Assembly (NCBI GenBank): GCA_023231475.1
Contig: JALJEE010000752.1
Span: 1 to 37,059 of the forward strand
DNA length: 37,059 nt
DNA from: Seison nebaliae
Taxonomy: Eukaryota
Direction: 5' to 3'
Below, in pieces: positions 14,624 to 26,334 of this stretch. Each line of letters starts with the position of its first letter. Positions within the stretch are counted from its first letter, which is position 1. The translations under genes and the position numbers were made by a program. The notes below the pieces were generated by a model. It was not told the origin of the DNA. It searched no databases and was given only the letters and a program-made list of their open reading frames with translations.

Positions 14624-15958
14624 CAAAATAATTTTTACTCAATTTCCTCTATCTTTTCTCTATAACGTATAAGAGGTAATACTTTGGTACGACGTATTGA
14701 CAGATTATTGAAATAATAACATCTTTGAATTCAGTTTCGTTCTTCTTCTGAAACTTTCTTTTCTGCATATCTCGTTCCAATTTCATTTGAATATTATCTC
14801 TCATTGAAATATATATTTCGTTCGATAACAATACATTATCGATCTTACTATGTGTTGATAAATCAATGTTACTCAATTCATTTTTATATTGCCTCTTTTA
14901 TACGATATTCTTTTCTTCATTTTTTTTTACTACAGTCATATGTCCGCCTTATACATCATAACTCGAACATTCAATTTACGTCATCGAAACTGTACAAACA
15001 TTAAATATAATTGTCATTTTCTACTCTTTTCTCTCGTTAAAATTAATTCGTTTAATTCGTTAGATGATATGGTTACGGGTTGATCAATGTGGATGCATCA
15101 GAATTCCGAAAAAATAACTATATTATCTGTAAATTAATATAAAATTTTTGATTTCCTTCAATTTTTTTAGTGGAATTTTTCTTTTTTTTGCGCTTTTTCA
15201 CGGAGTTATCAATTGAAGACAACACTTCCCTAACTTCATAATGACTTGTGTATTGGAATAAAGTTCGATAAAAATTTTTAAATTTTCTTTACAATTCTCT
15301 CAATACAAATAGTTTCCTGCTTAATAGTTCTCCTCTTCCTCACACATTTTCTTTCAAAAAGAATCGAAGTAAACTTAGATGTGCAAACAAAAAAATCGTT
15401 AAGGTAAATTTGAATGGATATACGGTGTATCATATACGTACATTTGCTATATGTACAGTGTGTGCTTTGAAGAATGATTATTGTCATTCGAATATTTCAA
15501 TTATTTCTTATGAAACTGATCGATGCCTCAAAACTATTATGTCACATTAACTTTTTGACTAACAATATGTAAGGCATAATTAATATTAATCTGTAATAAT
15601 TGTAATTGCATGAAACAATCTTTATTTTTCATGAATGAGTGGATAAATATTATTTTACGCTAGAAAAATGTAATGGAATCGACGAAGCTTGAATTATTTA
15701 TATAAATATTAAATGTTCATGAAATGTGTTAGAATTATTTTTATTGGCTCTAAAACAGTGGAGAGAAACAATAATACTTCTTCTTATTATCACGTAACAA
15801 TGAATGATTGTTTATCAAATGTGGATAGTTTGACCTAACTTTTTTTTAAACAAAATCATTCCTATGTTTTACAAATTAATTTCTTTGTTCTATTCATGGC
15901 TATGTGAAAAAAGGAAACGATCTAATTATTTTAGCGAAGTGAAATTCATGTGTGTCTT

Positions 15959-16613
15959 GGAAATATCTAGGACATTTGGTAGACGGTACTGTTTGATAGA
16001 TCGGCCGTTTAGACGGACATTAGGGTGATGGAGCACATAGCGGATGCACAATAAGTTATATTGAGTTATGTTATATATTTTTGGTAGGTTCCTTTTTTAG
16101 ATTTCAAATTACACTTCATTATTATTCATCAAATCGTTATTATCATTAGAAATAAATAAATTTTTCACATTTTAAAAGAGATAACTATCCTGTTTTAAAA
16201 AAAAAATCAGTAAAAACCAGGAAATATTTCCTAGTTTGAATTATTTTAAAATAATTTTATTTCCATAGAGAAAGATCTACAGTAAATTTGAAAATTTTAA
16301 TTCGGTGGTTAAGGTAAAACGAAAGAGTATTGATTAGAATCAAAGTATTTGAATTAGATACCAAACAATGCTTGTTTTTTTTTTGGATAGGATAGTTAGA
16401 CTTTTTAAAATGAAAAAAATTTAAATTTAAATTTTATTTCTAATGATAATAATCATTTGATGAATAAAATGATGTGTAATTTAAATGTCAAAAAAGAAAA
16501 TATCACAAATATATAATATAACAACTATATGTACATTGTACTGCACTCTAATAAATGGTCGACCTACTAAATGTCCGATCACCAAATGGTTCGTTTACCA
16601 AATGTCGTTTTCC
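15959..16613. mobile_element. Foldback/MITE element with ~240-bp terminal inverted repeats
   Basis: Termini GGAAA...GACATTTGGTAGACG and CGTTTACCAAATGTCGTTTTCC are reverse complements. The internal arm ATTACACTTCATTATTATTCATCAAATCGTTATTATCATTAGAAATAAA (~16108-16156) matches the reverse complement of ~16433-16480. No ORF; no clear TSD. Confidence 0.85.
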
Positions 16614-18610
16614 TGTTTTGATAGCTGCATCATTTTTGGAAGGTCAAATTTTATCCAAATCGTTCCTTTCCTTCTAAGTCGATTCTCATTTCCGAAATGA
16701 AAATAATTTTTGTTCATCTCAACTCTTTCAATGATCTCCAATGGTATCATTTACTTTGAATGTCGCTCAATTCCACATCTCATATCATACATATGATATA
16801 TTTCATACATAATTGGTCGCAATAACCACGAAATTTAGTAGTATGAAATTAGAACGAAGAAGTTTTTACGGTAGAATTGGTCGTCAATGCATTGCATCGA
16901 ATGCAATCATCTAAAAATATACGAATATTTATTATTTTTAAATGTGTGTCCGAAATGGTTGATGGACGGTTAATTTAACCGGGTTAAATTAAAGGAAAAA
17001 CTCTGCAAATATATTTGTGAAAGTATTCTGTTTCCTACTTTTTCCTTTTGAATGAGGACTACTACGTATATGTACTGTGGGAGTCCAAGTGACAAAAGAT
17101 GGTCATAATCCAATTAATTTTGATTAAGATCCGATTTCTGGCTTTTGACGATTTTCAATTAACAAATAATTATCAGTTCCTAAAGGAGAGAACAATGGAA
17201 TGTTATATGTTCCTTCGATTAGTTCGAGATGGAATGCGAAAAATTTCTTCGATTTGTCGTTGTACTTGTTTTTTTTCACAAACTATTTTTGTTAGGTGAA
17301 TATGAATTTGCTCTTTGTGAAGAAAGGAAATATCCATTGTTGAAGGAAAAAGGAAAGAAAGGGTGTATTACTACTACCTCGCTGTCTATTGTTTGGAAAT
17401 ATGAAACAGGACAATATTTGATAGTAAGAATATTTGAACGATATTCTTTCCCTTTAATTACAAGAGAGAATTGCATAAAATGAATTAAAGATTAAGTAGA
17501 TTCTGTTTTGATCCTTATTAAGTTGTAAATTAGTACAGTTGATTTGGTAAGTTTAAGGTTGTTGAGTTGGGAGGGAGAACAGCATAATAATGAGGGAGAG
17601 AAGAAACGGGTGAAACTCACAATGAAATGTTGAGGAAAGTTTTTGAGAACAAATAATAAATTGTTGAATAGACTTATTGATCGTCATCATTATCATTATG
17701 ATTGTCATTCGATTATGTAATTCGACAAGAGAAACAATAGTATATTAATTGGGAAAATGTAGAATGAATGATATCAGTTTGTATTTGAATATGTTTCTTC
17801 TTTTTTATCGACTTAACAGTTCACGCATTTCCCAATTTAATCGAATTTCTTAGTTCGAATTTACGAAAGTTACTTAACAGTTCATTATATTGGTATAGAA
17901 ACTTTCCATTCGAAAGAGCGAAGATTATATGAAAATTCTATTGCTCACATTAGACATTTCAGTAGATACGCCAAAAGAGATTAATTTGTTTTATGTTTTC
18001 TATCCCATTTCCTCCCCAGAAACTTCTTTCATTTATTCGAAGCGTTTATTTAATATTTGTAAGTTGTATCTTATTAATCAATTCAAATGTTCATGCTTTT
18101 CATTCACGACGTCAATCATCGAAAAAGGGTCGGACACAAGGAAATGAATATGTTCACGTTTCTTCTCTCTTACCTGCTCATTTTTAGTTCATCGACGAAT
18201 GTTATGTGTTGTCATTTAAGAGATTTATGGATATTCGTGGTGAATTTTCGATGAAGATTTGGAGTTATTTATGTCATTCATCCAATGTAGCTATTCATTC
18301 TCAAAATAGATTATTATTAGTTTTGTGAATATCATTTGAAAGAAGGAGAAATGATGATGGTGACGATATATGTCATCCAAATACTAATCTATATGTCTCA
18401 ATCGAATAGATTTTCGTGTATGTGTAAATGGTGTGTAGGTAGAAGAATTGTAAAATGGAGAATAATGTCCTTTATGAGATCGGTGTTAACTTCCTTTGCG
18501 TACTCCAATTAACATTTCTTATTTCCATTCCTTCTACAATCGAGAGACTTGAGATGAGATTCTATTTGAAATTTTATTTGTTCTTCTTTTAGTATTTATC
18601 ATGTTATCTA

Positions 18611-18698
18611 TCTCTCTGTGTGTCGTCCTCTTTCTCCATATCTCTCCCTCTCTCTCTCTCTGTCTCTCGGTGTGAGTGTGTGTGTGTGAGTGTATGTG
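18611..18698. repeat. Compound (CT)n/(GT)n microsatellite upstream of the flippase ATG
   Basis: CT- and GT-dinucleotide runs seen directly, followed by a strong acceptor TTCTTTTCAG at 18732, suggesting a 5' UTR intron. Confidence 0.75.
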
Positions 18699-18913
18699 GA
18701 GGGATATTGGAACAATGATTTCTTCTTTTCAGTTCCACTTCAATCAAACGATTTCCCTCCTCTTCTGATAAATCAAATAAATAAATTTCATCTTAATAAG
18801 ATTCTATTTGATTTGGTGGGATTTGTGAAGAAAGACGACTCAATCTCTTTCGATAATTCGAGAGAATGGAAATCAACAGTTAGAAGGCTAAATTAAGAAA
18901 CATATTTGAAGAA

Positions 18914-21900
18914 ATGAAAAAGATAAGGAAATTCTGCCTTGGTTTTTTGAGTTGTGATGCATTGAAACGGAGAAAGAAGAGAAACCAGAAGAATGAATTG
19001 AAGAATCGTTACCTCCACAACGTCAATATTGAATTGGGCGAGTATTTGAACGAACAATATTCACAAATTCTCGCCTCATCCAAATATTCGGACAATTATA
19101 TTCGAACGACCAAATACACGATATGGACGTTCATTCCGAAGAACCTCTACGAACAATTCCATCGATTAGCCAATCTCTATTTCCTTTTCATTATCGTTCT
19201 CAATCTGTTGCCGGGTGTGCAAACATTCGGTTCTCAAATGGTTTCTCTACCATTAATATTTGTTCTTACGTTGAAATTGATCAAAGATGGTTTCGAAGAT
19301 TATCGACGATATCAGAATGATAAGAAGGTGAATAATCGAATAACGAAACGGTTTTGTAAAGAGACTGGTATATTTGAGGAGACCACTTGGAAGAAGATTG
19401 TTGTGGGTGATATAGTTCTAGTGAATCGTGATGAATATTTACCTGCCGATCTTCTTCTCATCAGTAGTCGGAATGTGACATCGCATAATATCGATGATTC
19501 ATATACGACGAATGATGATGGAAAGGAAAATAAGATAAAGAATCAATTCGATAAATTGGACAAAGGCGATACGACGTCTATTCTATCGACAACATCATTG
19601 ACAACTGCCGCTACAACAACTACATCGCGCTCATCATCTATTGCGAATTTGAAAAGAAAACGAAGTGAAACGGTCATGTTTGATCGAGAGAAGAAAATGT
19701 TTATGCAAAGGAATTTATTGAATAGAAAATCTTTAAGGAATTCTTATATAATTTACGAAGACGAACAAAGTCGTTTACAACAATCACATTTCTGTTATGT
19801 TGAAACGGCGAATATTGATGGGGAGACGACTCTCAAACAACGCTTCATTCCAACCGGCGTCTTACATCGATCTCAAATTCAAGAAGATCCATCTCTCTTC
19901 GATGGAATGGTGGTGTGTGATGGACCGAATAGTAAACTTTATAATTTTGATGGTTCAATTCATTGGAATGATAATAGTCGAAGTAAACTGGATTCGGATA
20001 ATATTCTCTTACAAGGTTGTTGTCTCCGCAACACCACATTAGTTTATGGAATTGTTATTTATAGTGGAATTGATACGAAATCCGCTCGGAATAATAAGAA
20101 GCCAAGATATAAAAGTAGCAATTTGGAGCATATTGTTAATGGTCATATTGCATGGTCGATCTGCATTTTGTTGACATTATGTTTTATTTGTGCTGTGGGT
20201 GGTATACTCTTCATGAACTCTCCACAACTTTCAATGATTTTGCCATTTCGTTCGTTGAAATCTTTACCATTAATTTCCACATCTAACATTCCACTCGCAC
20301 AAATTGGAGGATTTTATAGCGACTCAGAAATCAATTCGATTAACGACCAATTCAAACAGAAGACTGATATGAAAAGTATCGTCATCGAATTCCTGTCATT
20401 GTTAGCCGTTTTCGTTATAGTATTCCAAGCGTGTGTTCCAATGTCATTGTATGTGTATTTGGAGATTGCTAAATTCCTCCAAGTTCTTTGGATTGGCAAA
20501 GACGAAGGATTCTTCTATAAAGAAACTGGTCGAACTATTCAATGTAAAAATTTCAATATTGCCGAAGATTTGGGTCATCTTCATTACATTTTTACAGACA
20601 AAACGGGAACATTAACAGAGAATGAAATGCATTTGAAGAAAATTGCCTTATCCTCCACCAACGACATTTATTTGCATTATTCTAAAGATTTGAGTCGTCG
20701 TCTCTTAAGAAATCCAATGAATAATGATCTACATCATTTCTTCTGTGTCTTAATGTTGTGTAATACGGTTTGTGTTTGTCGTCAAACAATTCCATCATCA
20801 ACATCTCCCACAATCATTTCAACGACGGAGGAAGATGGAATAGAAATGAATGGTGGAAGTCATCGAAAAAGAAAACGACATCCGGTTATGATTAAATATG
20901 AAGGAGAATCACCTGACGAATTATGTTTATGTGAAGGTGCATCGTCATACAAATATGAATTGATCGAACGTACACCAGATAGAATGGTTGTCCGTTTACC
21001 TGATAAATCGACAGCCGTTTATAAATTACTTCACATTCTTTCATTCTCCTCACAACGAAAGAGAATGTCGACTATTGTCGAAGATAATTATGGAAGAAAG
21101 ATCATCTATTCGAAAGGTGCCGATTCCATTTTCCTTCATTCATCACCTCCCAATGATAATCAATCTCCTCAAAAACCTGTTGAAAAGAAAAATTTAAATT
21201 GTTCAACAAATAAACAGAATATGGAGAGCAATATCATTACGGTGAGACATGAGAATGAAGAGATGGTAAAGAAACATATCAATAATTTCGCTGAAGATGG
21301 TTATCGAGTTCTATGTTGTGCTTATCGTTTCATTGATGATGTTGAGTATGAGGATTGGTTAAAATTGAAATTGAATATGGAGAATTATTTGGAAGAGACA
21401 AAATTGAAAAATGATCTAGAACGTCAATCGTCAAGAAAGAAAGAGGCAAATCTATTTCGTCAAAATACTAATCAAACAGCTACAACAATAACAACAATAA
21501 CGGGAGATAATAATAATGGTGAAATGAATGTAAGTGATGATGGTGACAATGATGAGAATGAGGAAGATGATACAATTGAGAATAATATGGATTTGAAAGC
21601 TGATGCTCAAAATATTGTCAATTCGGCAATTGAACGTGATCTGCATTTGTTGGGGAGTGTGGCAATTGAAGACAAATTGCAAATGCATGTTCCTGAAACT
21701 TTACACAATCTACAACAAGCTGGAATGAAAATTGTGATGTTGACCGGCGATAAAATGGAAACGGCAATCAGTATTGGGAAAAGTTGTAATTTGATTGAAC
21801 GAACAGATTTGTTAGATAATGATTTGGATGCGCTTCGTTTTGGTAAGAGAATTCACACCAAGAAACCGGTCATTCATTTGAGTGGTAATACTCTCTATCA

Positions 21901-23403
21901 ATTAAGGGAATCAATTGCAGAAGTCTCTTTTTATGATTTGGATGGAACGACATTAGTTGTTGATGGTTCGACATTCGATGTCATATTTCATAAAGAAATG
22001 GAGAAAGAGAAGAAGAAGAAGAGACGTGGAAGAAGAAAAGGCAATAAATCGAATTATGACGGAAACAGTTTCAATTTGTTTGGGAAGCATGAAACGAATT
22101 TGGATGCACTTTACAGTTCCATCTTGAATGATTTTGTTCTTCTCGTTAAACGATGTAGTAATATCATCTGTTGTCGAGTATCTCCTTTACAAAAGGTTTT
22201 TTATTGTCTTTTCTATCAAATCACTTCCACTTCTCATATCTCTCATCTTCTCAGGCAATTATTGTTTCGACATTGAAGAAACGTCTAAATATTCTCTGTC
22301 TGGCGATTGGCGATGGTGCCAATGATATTGGCATGATACAGAATGCTGATGTTGGCATTGGTATTGCAGGAAATGAAGGAATGCAAGCAGCAATGTCTTC
22401 CGATTTTGCTATTGAACGTTTCTATATGTTAGAACGTTTAATTTTAGTTCATGGTCATTGGTGTTATAGTCGACTCGGTTCATTTGTCCTCTATTCTCTT
22501 TACAAGAATTATGTTAGTTGATTGATTAATTTAAATCATTACCTTCTTTCTGTCTCTCTTTCTTTCTTTCATCTCTAGTGTTTCGTTATGATGTTATTCT
22601 GTTATCAATTTTTTAATGGTTTTAGTGGTCAATTACAAATTGAACAATTTCATGCTGTTACTTATTCGTTAACATTGACGAGTATACCACCACTCTCCAT
22701 TGCATTATTCGATCGAGTAGCTCCAGCTGAAATACTTTTATCATATCCCTCACTCTATCGTCATTCGAAACATGGACGATATTATAATCCATTTTCATTT
22801 TGGCCTTTAATCGCCGAAGTTACTTATCAGTCAATGATTGCATTCTTTCTCATCATGTATGTTAGTCATTTCACACTTCACTTCTTCTCTTATTCTAACA
22901 AACAAATCCAAAAATTATTTTACCTAATTCATTAATTCTATTTTTCATTTTTTTAGATATTTCAAGATAATTCTCAATATGATATTTGGTCGTATGCAAC
23001 CGTCAGCATTTCAGTCGTCATTTGTATGTCTTATGCACAATTTTTCTTTATTGTTCACACAGTTGTATGGCCGATGATTATCGGAATTTTATTGACAATA
23101 ATTGTGATGTTTTTTGGAATTACACTCGTTTACCACTCAGCATTTATCACAATCAATCATCCCTCCAATCCTTATTGGGTCATCTTTCATGTATGTTCCG
23201 ATCCCTTATACTATCTGTCCATTCCTTTCATTATTTTTTCTGTTTTTCTTCCCAAAATCATCTATCGTGCTTTCTATGTCGCCATAAATAGATCGCAATA
23301 TAATGATACGAAATACATTTTCTCTCTAACACCCAATTTACAATCATCAACTAATACGAAGGTTATTGGATCTGGTGCAGCGACTGCTGCTAACACCAAG
23401 TGA
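18914..23403 (+). CDS. ATP10: P4-type ATPase (phospholipid/glycolipid flippase), ATP10/Dnf1-like class, ~1422 aa
   Basis: Exons join(18914-22195, 22255-22512, 22579-22860, 22957-23403); introns 59, 66, 96 nt, all phase 0. Motifs [80 protein letters not shown] and [11 protein letters not shown]4 carries Gln (FQACVP) as in ATP10/Dnf1. P4 family is secure; subfamily is less certain. Confidence 0.92.
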
Positions 23404-23410
23404 ACTTCTT

Positions 23411-23455
23411 CCATCACACTCACCATCACACTCACCATCACACTCACCATCACAC
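23411..23455. repeat. 12-bp tandem repeat CCATCACACTCA x ~3.75 just after the flippase stop codon
   Basis: Perfect repeat units seen directly. Confidence 0.9.
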
Positions 23456-23747
23456 ATGAAATGTCGAAACAAATCAAAAATGAATTTTTTTAAGGATTTT
23501 CATTCGAAAGCACGACTAATTCTCTACCGGTTCCATTAATCTTCTTTGTTTTTCCCCTTTTTTTTTATTATTCTTCTCATTATTATCTGACGAGAAAACG
23601 ATATTGTATAAATCCGAAAATAAATTCATTGACAGATTTCTCAAGAATTTTATTCAGAAACATTAATAAAAAAAAAGATTATTAGAAATGATGATGGAAA
23701 ACAATAACGACGAAGGAAAAATAAGAAAATTTTTTCGCCATCAAATA

Positions 23748-24326
23748 TTATCCATTCCAAGCGATATCGTTGTATGCCGGTCCACAACTACCGAAACACT
23801 TTAACCAATCATTGAATTTTTTGTAACAATCGTCGAAACAGTTGTCGAACGAATTAGTAACACGATCGTCGTCAACTAAAATGGAAGTGATATAAATATA
23901 ATTTTAATATAAATCGAATTATAGAGAGATAACTATTGATTTCTTTATGATGTGGAATTAGACATTGAAAGAAACTTGTTAACCAATCTTTCCTGGCACT
24001 TTTATCAAAAAGGTTTTTCAGAAGAGAATTTTCTTCATGATGTTCAGGTAGAACGACCAGAAAGATTTTTTCATTTGCATTCGGTAAATAGTAGAAAGAT
24101 GAATTTGTTCTCAAATTATTCATCTGTTCCTTTGACGGTGCTGCAAATTCCATTGTTGTCGATTGTTGAGCAGTTGTTGTTGTAGGAGAATCGATAGGTA
24201 GAATTATAGGACCTAAACATCCAACTATAAAACGAGGAGAATTGTATGAGATGAATGAATATTTGAAAAGAAACCATTTGAACTAAGGAGTGAATAAACA
24301 TAAACAAGAAATAAAACATAAAACAT
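23748..24326 (-). CDS. Small secreted Cys-rich precursor protein, 156 aa, uncharacterised
   Basis: Exons complement(24275-24326, 23934-24224, 23748-23875); GT-AG introns of 50 and 58 nt, both phase 1, give one open frame. It starts MFYVLFLVYVYSLLSSNVGCLGP (signal-peptide-like) and ends RKDWLTSFFQCLIPHHKEINIDDDRVTNSFDNCFDDCYKKFNDWLKCFGSCGPAYNDIAWNG. AATAAA on the - strand near 23650. Confidence 0.8.
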
Positions 24327-24465
24327 TTTAGTTGATGTGGAAGATAAAGAAAAAGTTTTCTCAGGAAATGTTACTCAAAACATTTTACTCCCATCGATTT
24401 ATTTATAAAGAAAGTTATTGCATATCGTTTTCAAACGAAATGTTTGTGAGAGAATCAACACACTT

Positions 24466-26334
24466 TCACTCCAATGAATCATTGAGGTGGTGTAAGTGTG
24501 AGGTATGATGTCTACCTTCTTCCACCCACAGCTGTACTCGTTTCCACTTATTGTATCTGTCAAAAACCGAATTCGACATAACCGGAATGTTACCCAGTGG
24601 TTCCAAACTCTCCGTATTATGTTTCACTGACATCATTTTAGGTATGACGACATTATCGGTACTGGGTAAGAGTTGTGTTAAAATATCCATCATCGGTTTC
24701 CCTTGACTGACTCGCATGGGACTTGTCGTATTTTCAATATTCTGCTCATCTTCGAAATATGAAGAGTCTAGACTACGTAACTTCTCCTCTATTTGATCCG
24801 TAGTCATTATTCCACCTTCCTCCATATAATACTTCTCCTCAAGTAGTGGATCGGTAGACGAGACTGTCATTTGATCCCATTCCAACGATAAACAATCGGG
24901 AAATTCGAAGGCTTCACTCGAATTCGAATAATCTAAAGTGGACACTCGAGAATCTGTCGTCATAACACCAAATTTATTTAATGTCGGTGTAGTAGCTATA
25001 TTTTGCACTGGAGATCGTTTAAAACTTGTATCACTCAACTTTACTGTCTTTTTCTCCACTTTAAAATCACTCGGTGGAGCTTTAACTGCCACACGATCAT
25101 TCACATTATTAATATTCTTATTCAAACTACTCAATCGTCGATGATTCATATTATTATCGTTTTGATTAGGATTAAACGTTTCTCCAATATTTTCCATCAT
25201 CACATTCACTTCACTTTCATTCTCTAATGATAAACCTGATGATTTCGTCATTGACAATTTACCTAATTCGAGTGTTGGAGGTGGTGGTGGAGGAGGAGGA
25301 AGAGAAGTGGACGATGGAGATTCTAATTTATCTTCGATACTATCATCCATATTCGTCGTCGTTTTCTCACTGGAATCGATGCGAAGATCCTGCAAATGAA
25401 ACATTTCCGTCATCACCGAATCGTTCGATTCATTCACATAAATCGAATTTTCCTTCGGCGAACTTGTTTGTGAAGCGTCGTCGATATTATAATTTGTTCC
25501 AATATAATCCACAAACTTTCTCGTTATTTCTCTCCATGAAGTATCACTAATTGTTGAATCACTTCTCGAATCATCGATTTCCATCAAATCCTTTTTATCG
25601 TCGATATTCGGATCGGTATTCCTGAGCGATCTCCGTATTTTCTCTCCATACGTTCTATATGTTGTACGATAATGATGATCAGCATGTTTCACTTGCCAAA
25701 GACGTTGATGTTCCTGAAGATATTCTTCACAAAGTTCATCTACATATTCTCGTTGATTTGTTGTGGCACATTCAGAAAGAATATGTTCCCAAACGATTAA
25801 GGGATGATATAAGAAAAAATCATTGAACGCATCACTACTAATATATCTCGCATCGAATAATCGTCTCAATTTGGATTTTATATCGATTTCTGGAATGATT
25901 TCTATCGGTAACAATTGAGGGAAAGTTGACACACAAAAATCATGACGATAATTCAACTGTTTTCGACACCAACGCTCAATGCCAAATTCTTTCGTTTGTT
26001 TATCAAATTCATTTTCTTCATTCCGTTTATCACGTTCTAAGTCGATTGGTGGCATTTCCTGAAGAATGATATCAAAATCGGTCAGAATTTTTTGATTCTC
26101 TTTCGCAATACTAGTAGGCAGCATCGGATGTGCCATCATCTTTACATTTCTAGCAAATCCTGTTTGTCTCGTTAATTTCCTCCAAAATCTCAATTTCTCT
26201 CCACTCAACTTCCTTCTGTCCACTATTAATCTTCTTTGTTCATTGCTTAAACACAATTCTTTTGGATGCCAAATCGGCTCCGGTGTATGGAACTTAATTT
26301 TTTTATCATAATATTTCCCGTATTTCCGATCCAT
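24466..26334 (-). CDS. Uncharacterised intronless 622-aa protein; predicted folded N-terminal third, disordered Ser/acidic C-terminal part with poly-Pro and an LEWD motif
   Basis: 1869-nt uninterrupted ORF in AT-rich DNA with protein-like composition; family not recognised. Confidence 0.8.
   Translation of the reverse strand: MDRKYGKYYDKKIKFHTPEPIWHPKELCLSNEQRRLIVDRRKLSGEKLRFWRKLTRQTGFARNVKMMAHPMLPTSIAKENQKILTDFDIILQEMPPIDLERDKRNEENEFDKQTKEFGIERWCRKQLNYRHDFCVSTFPQLLPIEIIPEIDIKSKLRRLFDARYISSDAFNDFFLYHPLIVWEHILSECATTNQREYVDELCEEYLQEHQRLWQVKHADHHYRTTYRTYGEKIRRSLRNTDPNIDDKKDLMEIDDSRSDSTISDTSWREITRKFVDYIGTNYNIDDASQTSSPKENSIYVNESNDSVMTEMFHLQDLRIDSSEKTTTNMDDSIEDKLESPSSTSLPPPPPPPPTLELGKLSMTKSSGLSLENESEVNVMMENIGETFNPNQNDNNMNHRRLSSLNKNINNVNDRVAVKAPPSDFKVEKKTVKLSDTSFKRSPVQNIATTPTLNKFGVMTTDSRVSTLDYSNSSEAFEFPDCLSLEWDQMTVSSTDPLLEEKYYMEEGGIMTTDQIEEKLRSLDSSYFEDEQNIENTTSPMRVSQGKPMMDILTQLLPSTDNVVIPKMMSVKHNTESLEPLGNIPVMSNSVFDRYNKWKRVQLWVEEGRHHTSHLHHLNDSLE

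Noticed and set aside
23274..23477. 67-aa minus-strand ORF with VSVM repeats
   Set aside because: It is just the antisense translation of the 12-bp repeat and the flippase C-terminus.
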